Shown one piece after another: positions 36,055 to 48,979 of a stretch of 64,000 nt of DNA. Made by a program: the position numbers and the translations under genes. This DNA is from Cycas panzhihuaensis (Eukaryota > Plantae > Cycadophyta). The notes below the pieces were generated by a model. That model saw nothing but the letters and a program-made list of their open reading frames with translations. It searched no databases and was not told the origin of the DNA. The DNA lies in NCBI GenBank assembly GCA_023213395.1, contig CM041465.1:163067741-163131740 (forward strand). The letters are read 5' to 3'. The first letter of the stretch is position 1. The number at the start of each line of letters is the position of its first letter.

Positions 36055-39000
36055 TACAATGTTAAGTCAGACCCCTAGATCTTCTCTAAATTTTACAAAT
36101 TTTTCTATACCAAGTGGCTTGGTAAAGATATTTGCTATCTATTGCTTGGTAAGTCTATATTGAAAGTTGATCTCACCATTCTGCACATGCTCTCTAATGA
36201 AGTGATGATGAACCTCAATATGTTTGGTCCTTACATGAAACACGGGATTCTTGGCCAACTTGAGCACACTTTGGTTGTCACAATAAATCCTAGTGGGGTG
36301 ATGCTGCTCAAGTCCAAGCTCCCTAAGAATCTGTCAAAGCCAGATAGCTTCACAGGCTGCACTGACTGCAACTTTGTACTCTGCTTTAGTAGAAGACAAG
36401 GTAACATTGGGTTGCTTCTTGCAACTCCACGAAACAACCCTGCTATCCTGGCAACCTGCCCAATCAAAATTTGAGAACCCTTCCAGAGTGAAGTTCTCAT
36501 CGTGTTCATACTAAAGGCCACACTGCAATTTACCTTTGATGTATTTGAGTATGTGTTTGGCTGCATTCCAAAGCTTCTGATTGGGTTGAGACATGTATCT
36601 GGAACAAATCCCAACTACAAATGAAATATCTAACCGAGTGTTGGTGAGATAAAGGAGACTACCAATCAACTGCCGGTACAGTGTGGGATCTATTGGTTCA
36701 ACTTCCTCATTGAGAGTCAACTTCATTCCGTTCTCCATAAGTGTTGCCATTGGTTTGCAATCATGCATCCTGAAGCGTTGCAAAATGTCCCAAGAATATT
36801 TTGCTTGGGATATGAAGATATAGCCTAGTTGTTGCCATACCTCAAAGCCTAGAAAATAGTGGAGAAGTCCAAAATTAGTCATCTCAAAACTTCTCATCAA
36901 AGCAATCTGGAGAATCTGGATTTGCTTAGTGTCATTACCAGTGATCATTAAGTCATCAACATACAAGACAATGAAGATGGCATGGTCATTGCCAACTTTG
37001 ATGTACAAGTTAGGATCTAAAGTAGATCGATGATACCCATGTCTCAAAAAATAATCATCAATATTTGAGTACCAAGCTCTTAGAGCTTGTTTCAAACCAT
37101 ACAACGCCTTTTTCAAGCAACAAACCAAGTACTCATTGCCTTGTACTTTGTAACCAGGAGGTTGCTCCAAGTATACCTCGTCTTGAAGATCGCCATTGAG
37201 AAATGCGCTCTTCACGTCCATCTGATAAACCAACCACTTGCATTGAGTTATTAAGGCCAAGATGAGTCTGATGATGTTCATGTTAGCAATAGGTGCAAAA
37301 GTCTCCTCATAATCTATGCCTTCTTTTTGTTTGAAGTCTTTTGCAACAAGGCAGGCCTTCTGGCGCTTAAGTGTACCATCAGAATGGAATTTGGTCTTGT
37401 AGACCCATTTGCAACTGATTGCATGTTTGTGTTTAGGCAATTCAACTAAATCCCAAGTTCTATTTTTTTCAATAGAATGGATTTCTTCATCCATGGCAGC
37501 TTTCCAATTGTCATTTTTGGAAGCCTCCTCAAAAGTGGAAGGCTTATTGACACAAAGCACTTCAGCCATAAGTGCATAGTTGGTTTGCTACCTCAATTTT
37601 GATGGACATTTTCCTTCAATAATTTGGTTGTCCTAAACAGTCTAAATATACCATTTAGGCAACTTCTTGACTTATGTGACTTGAACCTCAAGATCTTTTG
37701 GTCTGAGTGGTTGGCCAACAGAAGATGTGCTTGGATCAAGTGGAGTTGAATCAGATGAAGTAGACGGACCAGCAGCTGCGGATGACGTACATGGTGTGGA
37801 AGATTGTGAGGAAAGGAAATCCTCAACAATCTTCTTGCCTTTATCAATAGAAGGTTGGATGGATGCTGAATCCAACTCCTTGTGATCATCTTCAGCAAAG
37901 ATTACATCTCTTAAGAGATGCATTTTTCTTCCCAATAGGATCATACAACTTGTAGGCTTTGTTGTGAATGGCATAACCTACAAAAATGCATTTTAGACTA
38001 TGCTTGTCTGTTTTTTATCTCTGTTGATTGGGGATGTGCATATAAGCAGTGCACCCAAATGTCCTCAAATGGCTGACAGTTGGCTTTTTGCCAGACCAAG
38101 CCTCCTCACGTGTAATGTTGGCAATTGTTGATGTTGTACTCTGATTTGCCACATAGGCAGCTATGTGGAATGCCTCTGCCCAGTAAGCTCAAGTGAGTCC
38201 CTTTGTATGCATCATTACTTTGGCCTTGTTAGCCAAAGTTCTGTTCATCCTTTCGGAGACTCCATTTTGTTGAGTATGAGGAATGGTAAGATGTCTTTGA
38301 ATGTTGTTATCCTTGCAGTATTGGATGAATTCATTTGAAGCGAATTCACCTCCATTATCTGACCTAAGTATTTTGATTGACTTGCTAGATTCATTCTCCA
38401 GTTCAAGCTTGAATTCTTTAAACTTCTGGAATGCTTTTAATTTATGTTTGAGGAAGTAGACCTTTTCCTTCCCTGATGTTATAAAGGAGTTCTTCACTCC
38501 CAGTCATGTGACGAGATGCCCTTGAATCAATAATCCAAGTTTGATCAACCTTGGATGTGTGATAAACACAGAAGAGCTTATCTTCATCTACAAACTGATT
38601 GAAGTGGCTTTGGTTGCCACCTCTAAAACCCCCCCTTCCTCTTTAACCTCCTCGATGAGCACCTTGATTTGGTCAAGGGGGTTATTGTTGATGTTATTGT
38701 TGTTGACGCTACCGCTAGAGCTGACAAGGTCATTGTTGCCTCTCTTATTCTTGACGTGGTCGTTGTTCTTGGCGTGCATCTTTGGAGATCGGCTTGCTTC
38801 TTTCTACAATCATGAGCAATGTGGCCTGGTTTGCCACAATAATGACAAATAACATTGATCTTTGAGGAATCAATGTTTATGTTCTCAAATTGTTTTGTGA
38901 GTGATGGTTTGGGATTTTGTTTGGCCTTCAATTTAGCCACGAATGCTCCTGATGTAGATGGCTCTTCATCATCTCGTTGGTAGATCTGCTCCTCTTGAAG

Positions 39001-39630
39001 TAAAAGGCTTTCAAGTTTGTTGAATGTGATACTTGAAAGCAAGCCATCATGAGTAATGGGTCAAATGAATCCATTATACTCTTTAGGCAATGCATGAATA
39101 ATTGTCGATGAAATGAATCCATTATACTCTTTAGGCAATGCATGAACAATTGTCGTTACAAGCTCATCCCTGGAAGCAAGTTTGCCTAATGTTTGCAATT
39201 CATTACACAACTCTTTAATAGAAGAAAAAAAAGTAGACATAGGCCTTACAATCTTTATGGAATACAATTTGGCCTTAACCATCATTATGCGAGCTTCACC
39301 TTGCCTTTCATACAAAGAAGATAAAGTATCCCATGCTTCCTTAGAAGTTTTAACACACACAATATTTTGCTCAACATGAACATCAATGATCATATGCAAA
39401 AATGCCAAAGCGATTTAATCTTTGGCTTGCCAAGTAGCAACATAAGCAGGGTTTGGATGGACAATCACACCTTCATTTTCAATAGGTAAAGGTTGAGGGA
39501 TTTTGCCAGATACATGCCCCCAAAATTTATTCATGATTAAGAGGTCTTATGTTTGCCTCTTCCATTCCTGATAGTTATCTTGTCTAGTTAGCTTGATGGA
39601 GCATGCATTAAGCATATTAAAGGCAGCCAT
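36055..39630 (-). pseudogene. B gag-pol; 352-aa RT ORF at 36511-37569
   Basis: RT QMDVKSAFLNGDL, LKKALYGLKQA, LYVDDL; RNase H KHIEVHHHFIRE, ANIFTKPL; knuckle CHYCGKPGHIAHDC; protease WIIDSRASRHMTG fused directly to mid-integrase VYFLKHK. Confidence 0.93.
39065..39165 (-). repeat. 51-bp tandem duplication in B gag
   Basis: ATGAATCCATTATACTCTTTAGGCAATGCATGAA occurs twice (HALPKEYNGFI x2). Confidence 0.85.
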
Positions 39631-41216
39631 GTTGAAATTATAAAAGACTTTGAAGCTAGCAGATGACATGGAGGCTCAAGGCTTTCGTCGCTTAAGTTCC
39701 ACCTTCTAACGAAACCAACAGTCCTGATCTTACTAGAAGACACAACAACTGAATGGAGTGATGAGGGGTGGAGGACCAGGCAAAAAGTTGGTCCAACCCT
39801 GATCTATAAAGAGATCCAACAGTTGACCAAGTCAAATCTAAGACAAGACATGTAAGGTTGATCTGCATGGACGTACCATGCTTTCCCTGGGATTCACAGC
39901 CCCAATAACACCCTTTTGGAATCTCCTTTCCCTCAAGCAACCTTAATTGTCGTGCACTAACTGTATGATCAGTTGGTCCCCTAGGGAATGCACCAAGCTT
40001 AAGGTTATTTTAGAGGCAAGGTTTGAACCTTTTTTGGACCTCTACAACAAGATTTTTAAGTCACTTTTTAAAGAGTTAAAGCGGATTTAAAATTGATTTT
40101 AACTTTGATGATGTACCTTTGAAATAATGCTTAAATAAGCTTACAATGTGAGGCTTCAAAAGAAGCAATTAAGTACATCAAAGAAACACTAAAAGTGTTG
40201 TTTACAAAAGCACTTTAATGAAAAAAAAGTGCTAAAGAGATCCAAATAAAAATGCTTCAGTACATACAATGATAACACATTAAGTGTTAGAAAAATAAGC
40301 ACTTAAAAGAGAAAAAAGTGCTAACTACTCAAGAAATGAAAATGCCTTGTGATGAAGATTCAAGGGTGTTCCTTTTAATGGGCAATGTTCCACTTGAAGA
40401 GAAAACCACTTTGCAAGATAAAGACACCAAGCACCAAGTGTTGGGACTTTAAAATTAGTCCCAACAAGCACAAAAAATGTTGAGTGATTTTAATAAAGAG
40501 ATATTTTTTAGCCCTTTTTTTACTTTAGGCTATTTGGTCACCATGCAAAATGCCTTAGGAAGATGATTAAAATAGTGATTAATATCACTTTTACAATGTA
40601 GGAAACCCTTAAAATTACTTCAACTAAGTCAATTAACACCTATGCAAGAATTCTTAAATGTTAAAAGACTTAAAATTGTTTAAAAAAAAGCTTAAAAGTG
40701 CCTAAACAAAGGCTCAAATAAAACCCTTTAATAAAGGACACCTCGCAGGGAGCCTTAGAAAACTCTTAAACAAGTGAAATTTTTGTCAAAGTACAAAAAA
40801 GAGGATTAATATCACTTGTTTTCCTTAGTTCAAAAACACATTTAAGAAATTTCTGTGTTAAAGAAACTTAATAAAATTAAAGAAAGGCTGAAAAAGTTCA
40901 TTAACAAAGTGATTTTAATCTTTAAAGGGGCGCACAAACTGCTTATGGTAAACGGTTGCCGTGCACCTTTAGAGTTGTTGTACGGTCTTGCAAGGATTCA
41001 CAGTGGATAGTACGACCCTCTGAGAAGCTACATAGTGTTTGAAATGAAATACAGAGCCGCTTGTTGACTGTTTGAGGTTTGAAGAGTCGCACATAGTTTG
41101 TGAGTGCTTTAGGAGCTGAAAATTTGCTCAATAACTGCAAAGAATACGTTAAAAAATAGCAAATCTACAGATAAAAGAGCGAATAGATTTCTATTGCAGG
41201 GAGTGAAATTTTTTAG

Positions 41217-41660
41217 CCACTTATAAGTTTAAAAAATAAAAAAAAAACAGAAATGAGTGAAAAAATAGCAAATTTTTTGAGAAAAAATCATTGAAAAATA
41301 GTGATAAGTCAACCACTTACAAGTTTGAAAAAACAGCAAAAATGAGTGAAAAAATAGCAAATTTTTTGAGAAAAAATCATTGAAAAACAATGATAAATCA
41401 ACCACTTACAAGTTCAAAAAAACAGCAGAAATGAGTGAAAAAATAGCATTTTTTTTTTTTTTAATCATTGAAAAACAGTGATAAATCAGCCACTTACAAG
41501 TTTGAAAAAATAGCAGAAATAAGTGAAAAAATAGCAGATTTTTTTAGAGAAAATCACTAAAAAATAGTGATAAATCAACCACTTGCAAGTTGAAAAAAAC
41601 AACAGAAATGAGTGAAAAAACAAGAAGTTTTTTTTTGAGAAAAACACGTTGATAAATCGG
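41217..41660. repeat. ~89-bp tandem array (about 5 units) in the 5' leader of B
   Basis: Unit starts CCACTT(A/G)(C/T)AAGTT at ~41217, 41313, 41402, 41490, 41579. Confidence 0.9.
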
Positions 41661-42796
41661 TATAGTATTAGAAAATTATAGCTAACTAACTACAGATTAC
41701 AAATGAAAACCAGATGACTAATTTGCAATGAAAAACTGATCAAGTAACACAGATCTGCCTCCTTTCTGCAAAATAATTTTTTTTGAGGAAAAAATTTATG
41801 AAAAAACATTGTTTTTGCAAAAAAATAGTGTGTTGCACCCTTGATAGAGATCTAAAAAAAAAAATTCAGATCTAAAAACAACCTTGCTCTAGCCTTCAAA
41901 TCAGCTCTAAAGTCTTTGATATGTAGAAAAAAAAAATTAAACAAACTTTGGATCGCCTTCAAAGACCGAAGGTCGTCACCAAGGGTTTGTAAAACCCTTG
42001 CTCCTTTTTCAAGATGAAATCAGAACAGGGAGAACTAGTCTCCAACTGCTCTGATACCAAATGTTGAAAGTGGCCTAAAGGCCTTCAAGTCCAAGATCTA
42101 GAAGATAGAATCTCCCTAGTTCTAGAAAGCAAGAGATCTAGTCTAAAGATGAAAATAACATAAACATGAGCAAGATGAAATCACAGAAGAGAGTAAGCAA
42201 ATGATACCAAATGGGAGGAGATGGACTTGGTCCAATCTCCAAAGAATAACAGTTTGATTAGCAAACTAGCAGCATAACAGTACAATTCAAACTCTATATG
42301 TGACATATGAGAAATGGTCTCAATATATAGAGTGACTAAAGAAACCTAAAGCATTGGATGTTTGACAAGTGTCAAACATCCAAGGTACATGCCTTGCATG
42401 TAGGACATGTGTCCTTTTGGGCCCTTGAGTGAGCAAAAGTATATGAGGGTCCGTTTGACCCTTAAGTGACAATGTTGTGTCACTAAAAAGAATGTGGGTG
42501 TGTACTTTATCACTTAAGTAATAAGTCACCCCATAAAGTACAAAAGTAGAAAATAATATATTAGAATAAAGTACATTAATTTAACATGTAAACAAAAGGT
42601 TTAACAGTTCACCCACCTTTAAATGTCATTTTGGTGGGCATTAAAAGGTCCCCTAACTGTCGAGGCTTACTTACAACCAGCCATCACACCTGAAACCAAG
42701 GTACCTTGGTCTTTAGGCATTACTTGATGGTCTTTGGCCATTTGGTAGTCTAACTAGGGCTTGTATCAACACACGGGTCACTTAACATACACATGC

Positions 42797-43575
42797 CACG
42801 TAAGTCCACAATATATCACAACACTATCATAGCATTATCATTCATCATGGCATCATAAATAAATCAAAGCAACACATGATACATAATTTCCATATAACTC
42901 TTTGATTTCATTAAGAAATATCAATGTTTGGATCACTTTACATTGTCATATGACTTTATTTTGCTAGAATGTCATTAATATTACAATACACTTGATTTCC
43001 ACACTAGAAAACATGCCATGGAACTCACTAGCTCGACTCTCACATCCTTCAGAACATAACACAAAACTCAAATATTTGGTTCTCCACACTTGAGAGCATG
43101 ACTCATTATCAAATAACTTAGCTCTCACATTCTAAATGGTGAGATTTGACCAATAAATACCGCTTGCATACACTTTGGAGAACAATTGTGACCAATGTTC
43201 ACAATTGTACCTTTTACATAACACATGCCCTTTTATAATGATTCTATTAACCATTCATTAATTACATTCGATTCATCCTTACATCTGTATGTACATTTGT
43301 CCTTTGTTGACATCCTACTTGTGTTATTTCCATTTTGTGCCTTGCATTCCTTGTGCGTTCTTATCACAAAATGACTTGTCATGCACTCTAGTTCTAGAAC
43401 GCACCCTATTATGCATTCCACAAAAATCCTTTTCTAGGTGTTTTCACCTTAATACCATGAGCTCCTCTGCTCAAACACTTGTTGGGTTGTCTTCTTCCAC
43501 TCATCACACCCCATTAGATGCCAATTACTACAATTCCATAACTTGAATGCACATGTGCCACATTTTACTCCAACA
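42797..43575 (-). repeat. Probable 5' LTR of G1 (left boundary uncertain)
   Basis: Non-coding block upstream of G1 gag, starts TGTTGGAG on minus at 43575, TATAAAAG at ~43230, abuts an interrupted Copia RT; no partner LTR in the window. Confidence 0.5.
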
Positions 43576-45461
43576 ACGACACATGGGATTTGGTTGAATT
43601 CTCTACTGGGAAGCAAGCAATTAGTTGCACATGGATCTATAGAATCAAGTATAAACCAAATGGATCTACAGACAAATGTAAGGCAAGACTTGTAGCAAAA
43701 TTCTTCAAGCAACAAGAAGGAATTGACTACTAAGAGACATTCGCTCTAGTTGCAAAGATTAACACTATTTGACTCATTATGACAATAGCTACACAATTGG
43801 ATTGGCAACTTCATCAAATGGATGTGAAAAATGCATTTGTAAATGGAGACTTGATGCATTTCTAAATGGAGGCTTGACAGAAGAAGTTTACATGGAGCAG
43901 CCACTTGGCTTTGTGCAAAAAGATCAAGAGCACTTGGTATGCCATTGCAAAAAGGCCATAGGCTTGAAGCATGCTCCAAGAGCCTAGTATGAAAAGATTG
44001 ATTAGTACTTTCTCAAAAATAGGTTTAGGAGATCTCCAGGTAACTCAACCAAAAACACCAAAGACTTAGACGATAAAATTATATTCATGGTGTATGTTGA
44101 CGACTTACTAACCACATGGAATGGTATCAACATAACACTAGACTTGAAAGTAGATCTGTGTCACATCTTTGAGATGACAGATCTAAGAGTACTACATTAC
44201 TTCCTTGAAGTGGAAGCATGGCAGAGGCCTAGATGTGTCTTCATCTCGCAAGCAAAATGCACTTGGAAAATTCTAAAGAAATTTGAAATGGATGATTACA
44301 AACCTACACCTCCCCCCACGGAGACAAGTTCCAAGATAACAACTGAAGATGGTGGAACTAATGTGGATGTTGCATTGTACAAACAATTGGTTGTACGTCT
44401 AACCCACCTGATTGTAAGCAGACCTATTATTTCATTCGTAATTGGAATGGTGCTTAGGTTTATGGCAATGCCAAAACAAAGTCATTGGAAAGCTACAAAA
44501 AGGATCTGCAAATGCTTGAAGGGCACGCTACAATATGGACTTGAATTCATACACAACAATAGCTTCAAGTTGGAAGTATTCACAGATTATAATTGGGTTG
44601 GATGTGCAAAACACAGGTCATCTTCTAGATACTATTTTAATTTGGGATTAGTTGCAATCACTTTAGAGCAGTAAAAGGCAATCAAATGTTGTTTTGTCCT
44701 CAATTGAAGCAGAGTACAAGGCTATAGTTGCAACAACCACTGAAACCATCTGGTTATGATGGATTCTTGGGGACATAGTTCTACATCAACAAAAACCAAC
44801 TAAGTTATACTATGATAATCAACGTACACTTAAAATCGCAAAGAACCCCATGTTCCATGCTCATACTAAACATATCGAGGTGCAACATCACTGCATCAAA
44901 TAATTGATCTAGAACAAAGTGATCAAGATGATGTGTAGGCCAATAGAAGAACAACTCATTGACATCTTTACCAAGCCACTGGAATGAGACAAATTTCAAA
45001 CATTCAAGATTGGTTTACGCATTAGAATAAACGATGTAAGCATTAAGGGGGAGTGGTGAAATATTTAATGTTTACATAGACTAGATTCATAACTTCGGGT
45101 TATGAGCCTCCTCCTCTATGAATTGTACTTTAGAATTTTTGATTATTATTATCAAAATGATGAGTCATTGGGGGTTACTCAATATTCCACATAAGTGTCA
45201 TATTAGAAGATTGTAAATATTCCTTTTGTATTTGTTCATATGCATGTTGATTATGCATTGTGAAATTAATAAGAATCAGATGAGTTAATATGCTCTTGAA
45301 ATTAATTTTTAGCTTGTATTTTAGTCTATCTATTTTCACTTAGATCCTAGTTTGTATGTAAACAAGTTGAAGATGTTTCAATCCACTCTACTATCTTTCA
45401 CGCATTCTTCGCAATTCATATGCTTCTCATCTTTATTTTCCATTGGCTCTAGTTCTATCCA
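43576..45461 (+). mobile_element. Element D: 3' half of a Ty1/Copia (RT, RNase H, PPT, 3' LTR), interrupted by G1
   Basis: Starts mid-RT (DTWDLVE); HQMDVKNAF, VYVDDL, KHIEVQHH, DIFTKPL; PPT AAGGGGGAG 45045-45053; LTR from 45054, right end approximate; 23-bp tandem duplication at ~43831-43876. Confidence 0.85.
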
Positions 45462-45989
45462 TTGAATTTGTCTTGCTCCGATACAGAATAGATGGCAGTC
45501 ATATCACAATTTAAGAAAACTAAGCAGAATTTTATAAGGCAAGAACACTCTTCAACATAACCAAAAAAAATGGTCCGCTAGAAAACACCACCAAACAAAT
45601 CTATGGATTTTTTATTGTCCTCCCTTTCTTGATTACAACCCTAAGTGTTTCAAAACTAGGCAGGTATCTTGCTTTACAAGACATTAGAAAAATGAATTCT
45701 CTTGGAACACGGAGCAAAGGAAGAATTTTTTGTTTTAGCACAAGAAGACTATGGACTAAGAATGAATATGGTGAGAGCTTAGCTGAAACTCTTGATTCAC
45801 TTCAACTGCTATGAGAATCAGCGATGTTGGGCTTCACAAGTTTGATGTTTCAAGAAGAGTGACTTCAAATAGCAGCTAAAATGGTCTCTAGCATGACTCA
45901 ACTTTCGAATTGTTATCTGCTAAGGGCTACATTGGCTTCGACAACTTCACATGAAGTGCTAAGGTACGTCAACAACAACTTGATGCCAC

Positions 45990-46600
45990 TTTCTTTCAAA
46001 TGAGCCCTTATGGTTGACTTTCATTCTTCGAACTACGTTTAAGATCTTGGCAAATGTCGATTCCCCAAGTTTTCGATGAGCTTCTAACATTCTTTCAAAT
46101 GAACCCTCATGGCCAACTTTCATTATCTCTTCGAACTACGTCTCAAATATTGATTGGTGTCAGTTCCCAAGCCTTTGACAAGCTTCTAACACTCTATACC
46201 AACTTCAACAAAAGATTCACACAAATACATTGACTTTTAAGTGGCAATAGGATGAGAATCTTTGATAGCAAATGCACAGTGGTCCTACGACTCAAGCAAA
46301 TAACCAATCTCTTATAGCACTAGAGTTTTCCAAATCTAAACTCAGATTATGCTCTCACAGGCAAGGAAACATGAATCGCTTGAAGCCTCTAGTGCACTAG
46401 TCCCTTCAAGGATCAAAGATTTCACACACTAAATACCACACTAATACCATGTAGAAAATCAAAACCATATAAACACCCATTGCTCAATGCTTTTTAATAA
46501 ATGAAATCTATCTGATTAAATGAACTAAGGAGAAGAGTTATCATACATTTACACTACATCTAACTTGCATGAGGAACACTTGTAAGTCATGTAGGAGTTA
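45990..46600 (-). mobile_element. Very old LTR/leader remnant with ~100-bp tandem duplication
   Basis: TTCTTTCAAATGA..CTTCGAACTACG..GCTTCTAACA occurs twice (~45991, 46091), followed by PBS-like ACTCTATACCA at ~46191. Confidence 0.3.
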
Positions 46601-48733
46601 CTAAAAAGAACAATTGAAGCATAAAAGAATTTCCTATAATACAATATAGAAAGAATACATTAGGTTATCGTTACTTTAATGAGGTTGAACATCAAATTCC
46701 CAATGCATATTTGACAACCAAATTTAGTAACATGATTGATGTAATGTTGCTCTACAATCTTAATACTCGAAATGCCGTATGTCGTAATGTCCTTGTAAAG
46801 AGCTATTGCTCCTTGCTACAAGACTAAAGTGGTTTATAAAACAGTCAATGAATAGGAAATGAAATGATAGTCAATAACACAATCCCATAGGCATTACCTT
46901 CCAAGATCTGTAAAACACATAATACTTAACTTAATAAAATCATCCATTTACAATGGAAGGCATAAAACCCATTATATTACACAAGAGTCCTTTACAAGAC
47001 TTGTGAAATAAAGCATGCAGCAAAGAAGAGGTGAATTTCAATCAACACTCTAGGGATCACAATCCCTTCAACCTTTAATCTCAGAGCTATTGTTTTCCCC
47101 TTTAGCATTTTCTCTGGTGCTACCTCAACTAGCGATATACAAAAGAAAAATATTCTCTAGTGTTGCCTCAATCAATGGTCTACACAAGAAATATAAGAAT
47201 CTTTACCTTGCTTCCAACTGGACACCTCAAATCAACATATGAATATGCTACCTCTCTACATCATCTGAAATTGCAGTCTTTGTGTTACAACGGTTGCCTC
47301 AATATTTAAATGTGCTATCTCAATTTGGAAATCTGCACCAGTTGATCAAGCTACCATACCATCCCTTCTATTCACCCTTTTAAGACCCTATCTACTCACC
47401 CTTTTTTTTCTCTCCAAAACATGCCACCTTTCCAACTTCCAAACTTTTCCACATTCTTTCTTCCACTACCTTAGAAATCTTGCCAAACGATATTTTTCTT
47501 TTCTTGATAAATGCTCCCAACCACCTTTAATTAAGGAGCAATAAATGCCTCCAACTGCTTTCAAAAGATTTGGAAATCATATCAAGATATGATGATGTTA
47601 GTTCATTCATTTCTATTGCCTATTATGACGATTGCATTCCAAGTCGTGACCATCTAGATCATGATCTACTAGTAGGTGATTATGATCATGAAATGTGTAG
47701 GTCACTTGCGATAGCAATACAATGGTAGGCGATCGCAATAGTGAATTGTGCAAGTCACTTAAAAATGCCATAATTTTCTCATTTGAAATCCGTTTTGGCT
47801 GCATGACCACTCATTTCAAAGCTAACAAGGAGCTCTACATGGCCATATAGTTTATAGTTATTTTTATATCAAGATGCTCCCGTATCAATGGTGCCTTCCC
47901 ATTTGAAATTGCAATCAATCCAAAAGTTGGTTCCAGTTTCTCTGTGATATCATGAATTTGTCATCTATAAAGTTGATTCTAAACCAAATCCAAAATGAGC
48001 ATGCCCATCTGAAATTGCAAATGTGAAGATGAACTTCTTTTAAGATAATAAAATCATTTGCCAGACTTGCTTACAATTTTCAGGAGATGCCAACAACCAT
48101 AACTAGATCATTGACTTTCTTCAAGAGGACCACTATGAAATCACGCATAGTTATTAACCATTGTCCAGAACTAGCTTGTAGAGGTGTCCAATGGCTAGTA
48201 CCGATCCCTCTCCTCTAATAACCCTATCCTGATTCAAGAAGGTTAGATCTCCGTGTTATATCTGTTGAAAGTCGTTGCCTTTAGAAATCCCCTGTACGCT
48301 TGCCATGTATTTATTATATAGACCATATAGCAAATGTATCATAGTGTTAGGGTTTAACTAGTGTTGCCTGTGGAAGTGGACCTACCAAGATGATAGAAGA
48401 CCCGCTTACCTGTAGCCTTCTGTTGGTAAATGGTGTAACTCAACAAAATTTGAGCTCAAGCAACCGGTATGCAAATACAGCCCGCTAACCCCTAGACCAA
48501 CTATACTTAATCAAAATTCAACGAACTGTGGCGAATATATTAAACATTTCCAACCGGTTAGAAAGAGTTCAAACCGTCTGGAGGTCAGATGATAATCATT
48601 CATGATACTTGTGTCATAGATCCTGGGAAGGGGTCACCACGATAAATTTGAAGACCTCCAGCGCTTCTTCAGGTGTTCCTTAGAAAGGAAAAACGGAAAT
48701 AAAATACGACGGCGGAATGAAAAGGGGGCGAAC

Positions 48734-48853
48734 CTGCTCATGGAGATAGTTTTCAAGGTCGGGCAGAATATCAGGATTATAAGGGTTCAACGCCACCAGC
48801 TGCTCCACCGTGAACGGCACCTGCTGCCTCTGCATCTCCCTTTCCCTGTCCAT
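48734..48853 (-). CDS. eIF3K: Eukaryotic translation initiation factor 3 subunit K, first coding exon (alternative in-frame ATG at 48871)
   Basis: MDREREMQRQQVPFTVEQLVALNPYNPDILPDLENYLHEQ matches the plant eIF3K N-terminus; phase-0 CAG|GT donor at 48733, the usual first intron position as I recall it; locally CpG-rich. Confidence 0.9.
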
Positions 48854-48966
48854 CGATCTCTCCCTCTGCATTCTCCTTCAAACACTCGCACTCCACACAA
48901 ATCAAAAGATGAAACGCCAGACAGCAGAACAGGGAGGAGGAGAGGCTTGACTTGCCAAATAAGACC

Positions 48967-48979
48967 AGGGTTAGGGCTT
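48967..48979 (-). promoter_or_regulatory. Telo-box-like element upstream of eIF3K
   Basis: AAGCCCTAACCCT on minus ~100 bp upstream of the ATG; an exact AAACCCTA also at 48348-48355; telo-boxes are typical of plant translation-machinery genes. Confidence 0.35.

Larger units (their letters stand above)
35529..42606 (-). mobile_element. Element B: Ty1/Copia related to A, with RT/RNase H but an internal protease-integrase deletion
   Basis: LTRs 35529-36039 and 42062-42606 (~8% diverged plus a 34-bp indel); perfect TSD GTTCA; PBS 42048-42059; PPT ATAAGGAGGGG 36040-36050. Confidence 0.95.
3261..43575 (-). mobile_element. Element G1: old non-chromovirus Ty3/Gypsy (Phygy/Selgy-like, no extra archaeal RNase H), split by nested A, C and B; 3' end lies beyond F outside the window
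   Basis: Coding sequence is contiguous across the TSDs of A, C and B. Domain order on minus: gag (42641-42612, 35528-34652, 16199-15050), protease (~14760-14480), RT, RNase H, integrase. Confidence 0.8.

Noticed and set aside
36511-38540. B (RT intact, PR/IN deleted) as the complementing partner of A (RT-less)
   Set aside because: The LTRs are unrelated and the ages differ (~8% vs ~1.4%); the deletion in B is probably post-insertional.
45088-45106. GGTTATGAGCC resembling a half-tRNA-iMet PBS
   Set aside because: It lies inside the 3' LTR of D as one arm of a small CATAAC/GTTATG hairpin, not downstream of a 5' LTR.
47620-48000. Possible DNA-transposon subterminal remnant
   Set aside because: Only a vague motif resemblance; no termini or TSD found.
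48680-48733. ORF tail VRPLFIPPSYFISVFPF
   Set aside because: Read-through into the intron past the GT donor.
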